Of a stretch of 64,000 nucleotides of DNA, positions 21,934 to 32,922 are shown one piece after another; the stretch's first letter is position 1, and the number at the start of each line of letters is the position of its first letter. Below the pieces are notes generated by a model, which worked only from the letters and a program-made list of their open reading frames with translations, had not been told where the DNA came from and did no database searches. The position numbers were made by a program, and so were the translations under genes. The DNA is from an uncultured virus (IMG/VR IMGVR_UViG_3300024999_000085) (taxonomy: Duplodnaviria; Heunggongvirae; Uroviricota; Caudoviricetes), in the IMG/VR virus record IMGVR_UViG_3300024999_000085; one strand, written 5' to 3'.

Positions 21934-23043
21934 TCATACAACATCTTCATATTTCGGACTAATTCCAAATTTATCAATTGAATCTTGAATAAGTTTATTT
22001 ATATGTTCAATGCCATAATGGTCTACAAGTGATTTTAATTTACTCATTAATTCTGTTTTAGTGTTAACTTTAGAAACAAGCAAATTGCCACCTTTACATT
22101 CAAGTATGGAATATTCACCGTTATTATGTGCTATAAACATTTCTAAACCATACTTTGTTATAGACTCACCTGTTATAGCTTCAAAGTGATAATCTGGATA
22201 CTTTTTTACAAGTTTATAGAAGGTGTCAGTTAATATTTCCTTGTTTACTTTTTGTTGTTTCTTCTTGTAAAGTATAATACCTTGATAGCTTGATAAGGAT
22301 AAACTATCCAATATAGCTACTGTGCCTTTATTAGTTGATGGTAGTTTGATACCTGTTATATGATAAAACAATTTCTTACTTGTTGTATTATCGCTATGCA
22401 ACCAATTCTGTAGTTGATTTTTACACATAGGATTGTCAATATTATCTATTAATACAAGCAATTTACATAGATATAATTCGTTATAATCACCTTGACAATC
22501 TAAAAATATATCTTTTGCAAGATCAAGTTTAGTATTATCTGAGTAGTTTTCAACTTGTTCAGATAACCAATTATTAAATTCTTGCTTTTGTTGTTGTAGT
22601 AATTCCTTGTGTTGTTTCTCTTCTTGTTTCTTGTCAAATTCAATCTGTGCTAATTGAGCAAGTTTAGTTTGTTCTGCATCTATGTATTGTTTAACCTTTA
22701 CAACGTCTAAGAAGTCATTCTGAATAATGTAAACAGCAAAATTATATTCAGTCTTTGTTATTGAATAGTAACTACCTTCTTGATTAGATATCCTATATTC
22801 TGATTTAGGCTTAGTGTAGTCTTGAATTTTTCTACTATAATATGAAACATCTTCTTCAATATGTGGAGTATATCCTTCATTGAGTTTGATGTATATGAAT
22901 TGTTTCTTAGGCATAATGACGTTATTGTGCTTAATTTGCGTGTCTAGTGTTGTTTGTATTTTGGATTTTTGAAGAGGTGTAATGGTGTCTGTGAAGCCTA
23001 AATATGTGGATTGTAGATTAATTGTGGGGTTATTTAATGGCAT
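21934..23043 (-). CDS. hypothetical protein
   Basis: long ORF, ATG after AAGGAG. Confidence 0.75.
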   Translation of the reverse strand: MPLNNPTINLQSTYLGFTDTITPLQKSKIQTTLDTQIKHNNVIMPKKQFIYIKLNEGYTPHIEEDVSYYSRKIQDYTKPKSEYRISNQEGSYYSITKTEYNFAVYIIQNDFLDVVKVKQYIDAEQTKLAQLAQIEFDKKQEEKQHKELLQQQKQEFNNWLSEQVENYSDNTKLDLAKDIFLDCQGDYNELYLCKLLVLIDNIDNPMCKNQLQNWLHSDNTTSKKLFYHITGIKLPSTNKGTVAILDSLSLSSYQGIILYKKKQQKVNKEILTDTFYKLVKKYPDYHFEAITGESITKYGLEMFIAHNNGEYSILECKGGNLLVSKVNTKTELMSKLKSLVDHYGIEHINKLIQDSIDKFGISPKYEDVV

Positions 23044-23256
23044 TGTAGTATTCACTCCTTAAATGTATTAATATTCTACCATGCTTTAGATATGAAATGA
23101 TATAAGGTATATATGCCAACACCTAATAGACTTCCCGCACCTAAAATACATATTACAATTATTAATTCAATTAAAGTATAACCTTTTTCATTATTAACAA
23201 AATTCATATTGTAAAGACTCCTATTATTTTTATATTCATCATCTATCAATTCAGGA

Positions 23257-23292
23257 TAAAGGGAGGATATATGTATATTAATCCTCCCTTTA
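23257..23292 (-). terminator. intrinsic terminator
   Basis: AAAGGGAGGAT...ATCCTCCCTTT hairpin after the DUF262 stop. Confidence 0.7.
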
Positions 23293-23297
23293 TTAAA

Positions 23298-24662
23298 CTA
23301 ACTGGCCTGTTCTTCTAATCCGTCAGTCTCAGGAATATCGTCAATGGTTAATTCTTCAACTTCAATACCATCATCCTGTGTACTATCTCCTGCAATTTCT
23401 TCGTTCTCAGATGCATCAGAAGTATCTAATAATGTCTCTGCATTATCTTCGCCCAAAACAGTATCATTTACCAATTCATTACCTAATTCTTTTGTCTCAT
23501 TTTCTGGATTGGTGTTTTCTGAAATATTAGCAGAATCGTCAGTGTTAGGAGTTTCATTCATAACTTCGTTAATAATACTTAAAACGTCATTATGTGTTAC
23601 TGGTTTTACTTCTTGTTGTTCTGTTTCAGTTTGTGCTTTAGTCTTAGGTGTTATCACCCATGCAAATGCATTATAATCATCATTGACTGCATTTAATCTC
23701 TTTTTCACACTCTCAACTTTTCCACTTGAACTTCTAGCAGCTTCATTGTAAATTTCGCTAATTGTAGCTGATTTAGTCCCTGCAAAAAACTTTCTAGTCC
23801 ATGCGGTGAACTTTTCTGTATTCCAAGTATCATTGGCAATTAACTTAGCCACTATAGGCATGATAGAAACTAAGTGAGTACGTGTAATCAATCTCTTAGC
23901 AACTTTGGCATCCTGTTTCTCACCTGTACCTGTTATTGCAGTATATGTTTCAAGAACTTTATCATACACTGTTGTTATTACTTCAGCCTGTTCTGGTGTT
24001 ATTTCAGCAGATTCAAGAATTGGCCTGATTTGCTTAGTTTCAAAACTTGGATTTTCACTATTCAGAATCACCCATGATTTAATAACAATATCTTCATTGG
24101 TGTATTTATTCATTGCCTTTTCGGTAAGTGCTGAATTAAATATTGAGTGTCTGCCAATTTCTTTGATGATTTCTATAGACTTGGCTTTAACTCTGGTTAA
24201 TTCAATCGAAGTAAGAGGTTTACCATTATTTAAACGGAAAAACATTTCATTTACTTCCTCATCTGTGATCCCGTCAAAATAGTAAATTGTTAAGGAATAA
24301 TCTTTAATTTCATCCTGTAATTCAATGGGAAGTTTTTCAAAAGTTAAACCATTAACATCCATAGTTTCATCAGATTCTAATGCAACTTCCGGCAAACCAA
24401 TCAATTCATACTGGTTATTTATGTATTTGCTAATTGCTTCTGATCTTTGTTTGCCATCAAGCATACTATAAATATTATCTTCTTTAGTTGCATAAAATGG
24501 CGGTATTGGATAACCTTCAATCATCGAATGAATCAAAAGTGATTTTCTTGATTGATCCCACACATAGCCACGTTGTACGGCGTTATCAAATTTAACTGTG
24601 CCTTTATCAATAGACTTAGTTAGTTGCTTTGCGCTCCAAGGAATATTAGCTTTCTTTAACAT
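23298..24662 (-). CDS. DUF262 (ParB/Srx-like, GmrS-type) domain protein with acidic tail
   Basis: VQRGYVW, LLIHSM...YPIP, LDGKQR, FFRLNNGKPL motifs. Confidence 0.85.
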   Translation of the reverse strand: MLKKANIPWSAKQLTKSIDKGTVKFDNAVQRGYVWDQSRKSLLIHSMIEGYPIPPFYATKEDNIYSMLDGKQRSEAISKYINNQYELIGLPEVALESDETMDVNGLTFEKLPIELQDEIKDYSLTIYYFDGITDEEVNEMFFRLNNGKPLTSIELTRVKAKSIEIIKEIGRHSIFNSALTEKAMNKYTNEDIVIKSWVILNSENPSFETKQIRPILESAEITPEQAEVITTVYDKVLETYTAITGTGEKQDAKVAKRLITRTHLVSIMPIVAKLIANDTWNTEKFTAWTRKFFAGTKSATISEIYNEAARSSSGKVESVKKRLNAVNDDYNAFAWVITPKTKAQTETEQQEVKPVTHNDVLSIINEVMNETPNTDDSANISENTNPENETKELGNELVNDTVLGEDNAETLLDTSDASENEEIAGDSTQDDGIEVEELTIDDIPETDGLEEQAS

Positions 24663-24807
24663 TTATCAACATCTCCTTTTCGTTTTACAATTATATTTAC
24701 CTTCTATAGATATATTACCACACTTGAAACAAGAAAGCAATACCTAAATTAAAAATAATTGATTAAATTTTAAAGAATTTTATTGACTTAAAAACTATTA
24801 CTCTCTA

Positions 24808-25179
24808 TTAAACCAAATGAACACATACATCATAAGAAGTCCTATAAACCTCAACAGTATGCGTATCCTCAGATTCAATGATATACTCAGGCTTCCATGT
24901 ACAATAATCCAATTCCACACTTATAGACTTAATAATTGCTATTCTTCCAGTCATGTAATAGATTATAATCTTATCTCCAATTGAAAGTATTTCATCGTAT
25001 AAATTTAAACTATCATATTCACCTTGAACACTGTTTATTACTTTACTCATTTCTTCATTATACATCTTCCATCTATCTTCCTTACTACATAAACTATAAA
25101 TTTCGGAAATAATGATATTTGAGTATAGCCTTTCACATTTCTTATGAATCTCATTATAATTAAATACTCTACTTGTCAT
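24808..25179 (-). CDS. hypothetical protein
   Basis: AAGGAG RBS. Confidence 0.7.
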   Translation of the reverse strand: MTSRVFNYNEIHKKCERLYSNIIISEIYSLCSKEDRWKMYNEEMSKVINSVQGEYDSLNLYDEILSIGDKIIIYYMTGRIAIIKSISVELDYCTWKPEYIIESEDTHTVEVYRTSYDVCVHLV

Positions 25180-25541
25180 TGCATCTACTCCTTAATAATT
25201 ATATTTAATATCTATTCTTATAATATCACAAATAGAACAGTATTGCAATACCTTTTTACACTTGCTCAATGGCTTTAATAGCCTTGGTGACGAATATATA
25301 GACTGTCTATAAGGTATGTACGGACATGAAGCACAGACACATGGTATTAAGGATTTCCATATAATGTGATCAAATATCTGTTTCATTCAAACTTTTTTAG
25401 AATAATTTTGAAATTGTGATTTAAACGTCAAAAAACCCTTGTATATCAAGGGTTTAAGGTACTTATTTTACAGTTTTATTGATTATTGTGATTTTAGGTG
25501 AAATTTGGCATATTGTGATAAAACCGATCTTTCATGCAAAC

Positions 25542-25766
25542 TTAATATTTATTCAATATACCATGATTACTAATTGCATATCCACACCAAGGACAATAAT
25601 CAATACTTGTAATATATTTTGCTTCATTTTTATAACTTTTTAAACTTACACTTGCACCATTACCATTTTTACTCATACCAAAAAAGTTATCATTAATAAC
25701 ATATGCAAATTGCTCACACATACTAACCATTATATTAGTTTTAACATCATATTTACATTTATTCAT
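25542..25766 (-). CDS. small Cys-motif protein
   Basis: IDYCPWCG; AAGGAGG RBS directly after the ribozyme. Confidence 0.75.
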   Translation of the reverse strand: MNKCKYDVKTNIMVSMCEQFAYVINDNFFGMSKNGNGASVSLKSYKNEAKYITSIDYCPWCGYAISNHGILNKY

Positions 25767-25790
25767 TTATATAAACCTCCTTCTAATTCT

Positions 25791-25861
25791 AACTACCTCC
25801 TGCCTATTTAAGACAGGAACGCTTCTGGCCTAAAGTTCTATTTATACTCACCAGAATGAGT
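25791..25861 (-). ncRNA. pistol self-cleaving ribozyme
   Basis: P1 ACTCA[TTCTGG]TGAGT, ATAAATAG, P2 AACT, TTAGG, pseudoknot CCAGAA, GCG, P3 TTCCTGTCT/AGGCAGGAG, GT cleavage site, P2' AGTT. Confidence 0.9.
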
Positions 25862-25898
25862 TACTGTTAAATGGTTTACGCCACAACACACATTATCT

Positions 25899-26111
25899 TT
25901 AGTCTTGTAAACTTTTTTGCTTTAAAACATAACTAAAACTATATTGGTTGTTTTTACTTTCAACATTTCCAGTTGTATAACATCCACTACTGTCTAGTTT
26001 TTGTTTTACTTTCTGAGAATTTTCTTTTGTGTTAAAGTTTGCCATATTATTATGAATACCTATTGATATTGTTCCTTTATTGTCTCTGATGACTTTTGGA
26101 GTATTAATCAT
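25899..26111 (-). CDS. hypothetical protein
   Basis: GGAGG RBS, TTGACA/TATAAT promoter. Confidence 0.7.
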   Translation of the reverse strand: MINTPKVIRDNKGTISIGIHNNMANFNTKENSQKVKQKLDSSGCYTTGNVESKNNQYSFSYVLKQKSLQD

Positions 26112-26537
26112 TATACATACCTCCATTTATTTAATTTCTAATTCATTATAGCACACCTTAATACTAATGTCAACAATTATTTTTACTTTCTTACTTACAT
26201 ATTATAATGAATTGAAGTTTTTATTCCATAATTTACCTATTTAATATTCTTCCTTTCCCAATCTGCATCGTCACTAATCGGCTCTCCGCAAAATGATTAC
26301 ACATACTAATCATTTTACTAGTCTCAATATCGTATTTACATTTTTGCATGTCAATTTATTTCCTCCTCACCTTTAATTTATAATAAACAATTGATCCTGA
26401 CAACAATACAACCAAAGATACAATAACAAATAATTTTAACATTCTATATCTCCTTTCAATCCAATCTCACCTCTTCCGCATACTTATATTATATCAAATA
26501 TGCAGAGTTGATAGACTAGATATAATTTGTGTTGCTC

Positions 26538-27184
26538 TTATTCTTCATCCTCATTTTCTACTTCATAACCAATTTCTATAAGGTGTGCATCTAATTCATC
26601 CTGAGTCATAATCACAGCAGTTTCATGATCTCCTTGGTATTGTGACCACTGACATAACATAAACATATCGTCTACCTTGCTACCATCCATCTCTACTACT
26701 TTGTATACTGTTTCATGGTAAAACTTATTACTACCAGTACACCAATTGCTACCATCATATTCATCTAAATCAAGGTATTTTTCATTCTCAACTAATACCT
26801 TCGTGACAGTAATGTTTTCTCCTGCCCATTCTTCTTTATAATTACTTCCGTCATGCCATTGATACCAAGGAGTAGTTTCAAATAAATTTAAATCATCAAA
26901 AGATTTATTATGAAAATCAAAGCAAACAATTTCTTCTAGTGATTCTGAATTACTGAGAAAGTCAATACTGCCAAATGTGAAACCTTCATCAGCTAAAAAC
27001 ATTCTTAAATCTTCTTCATTAGATAGATGATTCCACAATTTTAATTTTTCATTTAATTTATCAATATCAGCAACAGGTAAATCGGCAATACTGCAAATTG
27101 AGAAATTTCATTAGATGGTATTAACATTCCACCACGATCAGGATTTTGATTAAAATCTGATTCCCATATTTCAAAGTTTTTCAT
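26538..27184 (-). pseudogene. acidic hypothetical protein, frameshift near 27090-27110
   Basis: RBS plus ATG at 27184 (MKNFEIWES...) is out of frame with 26538..27038. Confidence 0.6.
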
Positions 27185-27206
27185 TAATATAGTCCTCCTT
27201 TAGATT

Positions 27207-27422
27207 TTATAAATTTGAATTATTAAACCTGTCAAACTCGGCAATTGCATTTTTAATAACTTCATGGTATTCCTGCTCTGTACCAAGGAAATAAAGTCCT
27301 GCATCATCATGCAAAAACCTTTCATCAAGTGATGCAACAAAATCAGGATTATCTAAAAAATCATAATCATACTCAGGATTAAATTCAAATATATTATCTT
27401 CATATGTTCCGATTGTTAGCAT
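27207..27422 (-). CDS. acidic hypothetical protein
   Basis: start moved to MLTIG after AAGGAGG. Confidence 0.7.
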   Translation of the reverse strand: MLTIGTYEDNIFEFNPEYDYDFLDNPDFVASLDERFLHDDAGLYFLGTEQEYHEVIKNAIAEFDRFNNSNL

Positions 27423-27435
27423 TTTTAATTCCTCC

Positions 27436-27822
27436 TTATTTACTCTCAATAATTTTCTTATCATAGTAAACGGTAATGGTGTCAATATCATCATATTCTG
27501 CTTCAAAATACTTATTTTGTTCAACATCGACACCTTTATCAGCCAACCATTGAAAAATAGGTTTGCAATGTATACCCATAATTTTCAATGTTGTCATGGT
27601 TAATTTCATATTTCCATCATTTGATATTTTTATTTTAAATATTTTTTCATCAATATCAATACCTACCATACATTTTTGAGGAATAGTATGGTTTTCTTTG
27701 ATTTTATCAGCAAGGACTTTATTAAACATGAATCTTGCATATTTTTTATTCAATTTCACAGCAGGATCTTTATCAACAAGTTTGGTCGAACCTGTGAACC
27801 ATTCTATAGACATTTGAAACAT
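27436..27822 (-). CDS. hypothetical protein
   Basis: 128 aa ORF. Confidence 0.7.
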   Translation of the reverse strand: MFQMSIEWFTGSTKLVDKDPAVKLNKKYARFMFNKVLADKIKENHTIPQKCMVGIDIDEKIFKIKISNDGNMKLTMTTLKIMGIHCKPIFQWLADKGVDVEQNKYFEAEYDDIDTITVYYDKKIIESK

Positions 27823-27843
27823 CTCCTATAACATAATTGCAAT

Positions 27844-28221
27844 TTATTCTACTTCTCTGTATCCATGAACATTACTATCAAATCTAGTTGCAACATCCAT
27901 TTCACTTCCTGTAGTTTCAATTTCTACTGCCCAGTCATCAGGAATGTCAAATTTCATACCTTTGGAAATTGCATACTCTGTTGCTTCCTCGGAAGATTCA
28001 CCTTGACGGATTAATTCAGATTCAGCAATACCAGAACCATAAACATAGAATTTTTTAATTATAACATCTGATTCTCTAAATTGCCAGTGTTCACCACATT
28101 CAGGACAGACAGTTTTATAAAGTTGATCGTCTTGTAGATTGTCTAAAACATGACCATCAATGTTACTGTCAAAAGTTAATTCTGCTCCGCAATCACATAT
28201 TTGATTTAAATCTACTTTCAT
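27844..28221 (-). CDS. Zn-finger hypothetical protein
   Basis: CDCG...CPECG. Confidence 0.75.
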   Translation of the reverse strand: MKVDLNQICDCGAELTFDSNIDGHVLDNLQDDQLYKTVCPECGEHWQFRESDVIIKKFYVYGSGIAESELIRQGESSEEATEYAISKGMKFDIPDDWAVEIETTGSEMDVATRFDSNVHGYREVE

Positions 28222-28226
28222 TTATA

Positions 28227-28448
28227 TCACTCCTTAGTTTTATCCTTATATTTTCTTCTTTCTTCCCTCATTTCCTCAAGATTAATACCCAAAACATCAG
28301 CAACGTCAAACAATTCCTCTGCGGTAAAACTATTATGCTTAAGTTTGTAACCTGCTGTTTGCTTAGAAATATTAACCTTTTCAGCAAGCCAATTCTTTTG
28401 ACGTTCTCGGTGTTTTAAGATGTTTGAAATGTATTCTGATACAAACAT
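28227..28448 (-). CDS. XRE/Cro-like HTH regulator
   Basis: KNWLAEKVNISKQTAGYKLKHNSFTAEELFDVADVLG; own promoter. Confidence 0.8.
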   Translation of the reverse strand: MFVSEYISNILKHRERQKNWLAEKVNISKQTAGYKLKHNSFTAEELFDVADVLGINLEEMREERRKYKDKTKE

Positions 28449-28757
28449 TATGTCGTTTTCCTTTCCTGACTTTCTTTGCTTCATTTGTTATATTTACTAC
28501 TAAATATAGTATACACTATGAAGTAAAGAAAGTCAATAGTTTTGAATGAATATTTTTACTTGATAATAAATGGGTATATTTTGAATATTAATCACAACAA
28601 TATATAAGATAATAATCAATGTGCATTGCTTGATATTTTAAATTATCATCATAGAAATACACCATTCCAAAATCAGTTATTCTTTTAATCCAGTATCTAC
28701 TTCTCTTAACATAATTTATCACCTACTTCCAAATAATGTTATAAATGCGTTAATTTA

Positions 28758-29069
28758 TCACAACATAAATTTTTTAAATTCTTCATAGTATTCTTTTAAA
28801 TAATTTTGACAATCATGTTCTGCAATAATTTTACCTACTTCCAATGATGTTACTTCATCATGTTTTATTACATTGCCATCATCAAGAATAAGTAAAAACC
28901 ATCTATCCTGTGTTTCAGACGTTGCACCTCTACTTACATTATAACTTCTGAATATCTTATAACTTCCATTTTTAAATCTCAATTCGATACTTGCTTTTGC
29001 ACGTTGTAATACTCCTTTCATACTATAATCATTTTTGCCGACATCCATTCTAAAGGTTTAAATTTCATT
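28758..29069 (-). pseudogene. hypothetical protein with probable 1-nt frameshift near start
   Basis: RBS plus MKFKPLEWMSAK is out of frame with 28758..29048 at an A-run. Confidence 0.5.
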
Positions 29070-29276
29070 ATGTATTCCTCCTTATTTTTTATTAGTGTTG
29101 ATTTCATATGTATTACCTCCAATGTTTGATCTTTTAATTTAACTACATCAATTATAGCACAATGTAAATATAATTGCAACAAATATTTTATAATTCTTTA
29201 CTATTAGCTTCTTACTACCTGCCAATTAAGACAGATAGTAGATTAGCCAATGTCTAACACTCATCTGGTAGGATGA

Positions 29277-29612
29277 TTATTTATAATACTTCTTTAAATC
29301 CTCCATATAATCTGGTTCTTCATATTTCTGAACAAATTCAATATCCATCATGAAAATAATATCCGGTAAATCTCTGTTAACAATTAACCAAGCACCAGAT
29401 ATATAAATATTATCTGGATATTTATTAATGGCTGTTAAAACTGTTTCCTTATTAATCTTAAAAGTATCACTCTCAGCACCACCAATTGAGTGATCACCTG
29501 TAAGATTTCTGTAAACTAAACGGTCAATATTCTTTTGGCGAATATTTTCACCTGATTCATCGACCATTTTTAAAGCTGTTTCTAAGTCAATTTTACTTAA
29601 GATAATTTGCAT
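29277..29612 (-). CDS. hypothetical protein
   Basis: GGAGG RBS. Confidence 0.75.
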   Translation of the reverse strand: MQIILSKIDLETALKMVDESGENIRQKNIDRLVYRNLTGDHSIGGAESDTFKINKETVLTAINKYPDNIYISGAWLIVNRDLPDIIFMMDIEFVQKYEEPDYMEDLKKYYK

Positions 29613-29641
29613 TTTGCATACCTCCGTTTATTTATTTTAAT

Positions 29642-29830
29642 TTATGAATTAAATTCAATTACATTTCTTACTAAAACTTTTACATCAGGTGTCACAATAA
29701 CAGACATAGTTTCAACTGCAAATTTTCCTGCTTGCTCCTCATCATCTGCTGACATTTCTATACTAATATGTCTGCATCCTATATATCTTCCAGTAGGTAT
29801 AAGAGTTAATTCAATTTTATATTTTTTCAT
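29642..29830 (-). CDS. hypothetical protein
   Basis: AGGAGG RBS. Confidence 0.7.
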   Translation of the reverse strand: MKKYKIELTLIPTGRYIGCRHISIEMSADDEEQAGKFAVETMSVIVTPDVKVLVRNVIEFNS

Positions 29831-29964
29831 AGATAAATTCCTCCTTTAAAATATCGTTATGAAATTTAGATTCATTATGATTTATAATTTTGATACTTAA
29901 AACTATTGATTTTATTATGTTTATAAGATTGAAATGTTTTAATAAAATTATGCATTTGTTAAAA

Positions 29965-30228
29965 CTAACCACCATACACACAGGTTACTACTTCACCTTC
30001 ACTTCTCAAATAATTATATACTTTTAATGCCAATACATCCAACCTTTTCTCAAATATATTACCTAACTCAAAATCTGAAAAGGTATAAATATCAACATTA
30101 TCTTCACCTTCTGTATAAAACAATTTACCAGCAACTATTTTATATTCTTCTCCGTCCTCTGTTTCAATTGTTATTTCACAAGAATCATTATTTTCAAGTA
30201 TCTCTTTAATAAATTCCTGTTCGTTCAT
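29965..30228 (-). CDS. acidic hypothetical protein
   Basis: RBS, promoter. Confidence 0.75.
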   Translation of the reverse strand: MNEQEFIKEILENNDSCEITIETEDGEEYKIVAGKLFYTEGEDNVDIYTFSDFELGNIFEKRLDVLALKVYNYLRSEGEVVTCVYGG

Positions 30229-30294
30229 ATTATATATTACCTCCTTTCCTTATATTTAATTATAACAGATATTAAATATAATTGCAAGATGTTT

Positions 30295-30900
30295 TTACTT
30301 CATAATACAATCAATTTTCTTACTAAACATTTCAAACAATATTTCTTCTTCGTCTTTATCGCAAATACCTTCTGCATAAACAAATGAAGGACTTGTATTC
30401 CAGTATTCATCATTATTAAACTCTGATACTTTTTCTAATTGCACTTCAATCCATGTTTTAAATTCTTCTCTTTCGTCAATCATACATCCACTGTAAAACC
30501 TATGTTGCCTAGTATATATATCGCCTTTTACTTCACCACAAAATAATATAACATAAGAAGTTAAGATAATTTGGTCTGAATGTTCAGAAGTTGGTAATAA
30601 TGTTTTATGTCTGTGTATTTCCAATTCCCAAGAATCTCCTGCATTTAATTCTGTGGAATTAACAAGTACAGATATTCTACCATTATTTTTAAGCAATGAA
30701 TTAAATAACTTTTCCTGCCAATTTTCAAAATAATCAATATTAAAATGAATACCTGATTCAAATAAGTTTACTTCACCAATTGATTCACCGTTTTCATTTT
30801 CAACGACAAATAAATTTGTATTAGGGTTAAACTGTGCTAAATAAGCGTCTTGACCTTTAAAATTAAAATTGTGTTCCATATCAGTTATGTATTTAAACAT
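30295..30900 (-). CDS. hypothetical protein
   Basis: AGGAGG RBS. Confidence 0.75.
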   Translation of the reverse strand: MFKYITDMEHNFNFKGQDAYLAQFNPNTNLFVVENENGESIGEVNLFESGIHFNIDYFENWQEKLFNSLLKNNGRISVLVNSTELNAGDSWELEIHRHKTLLPTSEHSDQIILTSYVILFCGEVKGDIYTRQHRFYSGCMIDEREEFKTWIEVQLEKVSEFNNDEYWNTSPSFVYAEGICDKDEEEILFEMFSKKIDCIMK

Positions 30901-31015
30901 TGGTGAATTCCTCCTTTAGTTTAGATTGATTTTTAGATTAACTTAGTTATTATATCCTCTATTATACCTTACTGAGTGCTTAAAAAGTGCTGGTGTAAGG
31001 CAGATACAAAATATA

Positions 31016-31429
31016 TTAACTGTTTAATTTTTCTAATTGTTTTTCAATCCTTTGTTTATTTGTTTCTAGAATTACTACTGCCCATTCTTGATCTGTTTCG
31101 TCGACAGTAGATAAAACAGATTTGATGTTTCTTAGATCACTCAGCAAATCCCTTTCATAACTTTCTTTTTTACTGTAAGAAGTTTTAAGACTATGCGGAA
31201 TAAATACAGAAAGTGCATTTCTAGGGATAATATAAAACTCCCCAACAGGTTCACAAAAACAATGGATATTAACAACTGGTTTATCACTAGACATACTACT
31301 ATTATAAGTTCCACCAATCTCATAAGTACCACTAGTACCTAATGAGATTGCCAAAACTTCTTTTTTTATTTCAGTGGCAAGAGATAATTCTGTTGCCAAT
31401 TCAATTAAACTATTAACTTTTTTAAACAT
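31016..31429 (-). CDS. hypothetical protein
   Basis: AGGAGG RBS. Confidence 0.7.
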   Translation of the reverse strand: MFKKVNSLIELATELSLATEIKKEVLAISLGTSGTYEIGGTYNSSMSSDKPVVNIHCFCEPVGEFYIIPRNALSVFIPHSLKTSYSKKESYERDLLSDLRNIKSVLSTVDETDQEWAVVILETNKQRIEKQLEKLNS

Positions 31430-31490
31430 TATATCTTCCTCCTAATTTAAATTTATAAATACTGGATAAAATCTTTGGTTGATCATGATT

Positions 31491-31736
31491 TTACTGTCTC
31501 TCACCGTCAATAACAATTTCAATATAACCAAAATCCAAGTTAGTATTAATATAGTTAAAATCGGCAAGTTTTAAATCTTTTTCATCTGCACCATATCTCA
31601 TATTACCATCTTCAATCTGTGATTTAATTTCTTTCCTGATTTTATTTTCACTCGTTGATACCATTACTAAACTCATACTACTGTGCATTTTGTGGATGTC
31701 ACAAGAGTAAAGTAAATATATGTTTTTGGGTTTCAT
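31491..31736 (-). CDS. hypothetical protein
   Basis: RBS, TTGACA promoter. Confidence 0.75.
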   Translation of the reverse strand: MKPKNIYLLYSCDIHKMHSSMSLVMVSTSENKIRKEIKSQIEDGNMRYGADEKDLKLADFNYINTNLDFGYIEIVIDGERQ

Positions 31737-31949
31737 GTGGTCAACTCCTTTGAGAGAATGTAAATATAATTTCTATAACTATATTAACATAGCCATTCTG
31801 TTATGTCAATACTAATTTTAAAACTTCATCAACTATTTTTAGATTGCTGTTATACAAATATTGGGACTTTGTAATTCCCAAAAGGTGGTCATATTGTCGC
31901 TGTTATAGGATCATATAACTTCCATACCTATAAACTATCTACAAAACTC

Positions 31950-32378
31950 CTAAAACTCTCTAATAAAGTTTTTGTTATACTCTGTAGCTGTTCTTTGTGT
32001 TATATTGTATTTCCTGCATAATTCTTCTATTTCTAATTTATTATAATCATAAACAAATTCTTGTTTAGCTTTTATATTCCACTTTGTTTTCGACTCTGGA
32101 ATATTTAAGCCTTGGATTGGTTTTATGGCTTCTGTTATTGACACTTTTAACAAATCACATAAAACCATAGTAGTTATAAAATCCGGTTTGTATGCGTTGT
32201 TATGTTTTCTTAATTGATAAATTGTTTGTACTGGAATACCAGTCCATTCTGATACTATAGAAGGTTTTAAGTCCTCGTCATCCATAAGCGATCTTAGATT
32301 AGCTTTGATTATGTCTTTGTTTGTGACCTGATACTGCTTATACAATTTTAATAATTCCTTCTGTTGGTCTAGTGTCAT
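31950..32378 (-). CDS. HTH DNA-binding protein
   Basis: VSEWTGIPVQTIYQLRK...PDF...LCDLLKVSI. Confidence 0.7.
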   Translation of the reverse strand: MTLDQQKELLKLYKQYQVTNKDIIKANLRSLMDDEDLKPSIVSEWTGIPVQTIYQLRKHNNAYKPDFITTMVLCDLLKVSITEAIKPIQGLNIPESKTKWNIKAKQEFVYDYNKLEIEELCRKYNITQRTATEYNKNFIREF

Positions 32379-32922
32379 TATGTCGGATACTCCTTCCTAT
32401 TAGACTTAGATTATATATGTATTTTCGTTAATTTAATAGTATATGTATTTATGTTTTTGTATGTACTTTATTCTTTGCAGGATTGATTTTAAGACGGTTT
32501 AATTTGTTTGTCTATGTGTTTTTAACCTTTTTCTAATATGTGGCCTTAAATCGCTTTATATAAAGAGGTTACAAACAAAAAACCACTAACAAGTATTATA
32601 AAAAATACTTCGTTAATGGCTCATAGGCTCTAAAGTTTATTCAGTTTTATACTATGACTATTTCCTTCTTACATCTTTTACAATAGACTGCTATATTCTC
32701 AACTTTAGCACCTACCAAAAGTTTAAACAACTTCTGCCTACAATGAGGACATAAAAACCATTCAAATGTCATTATTTGTTATACTCCTTTACTGCATTTA
32801 TTACACTCTCTAACTGCTCAAATCCAAAACTCATACAAACAAAATTTTGTCTAGCTGATATTTCCATTGAATAAATATTACCTTCCCTATCCCATACAAG
32901 AGTAGTATAATAATTAAACTTT

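Noticed and set aside
25192..25386. 64-aa minus ORF as an intact gene
   Set aside because: No clear RBS; possibly a gene remnant
29203..29275. Hammerhead ribozyme (CAGATGAG)
   Set aside because: The core is not CUGANGA and there is no correctly placed GAAA; treated as plain hairpins
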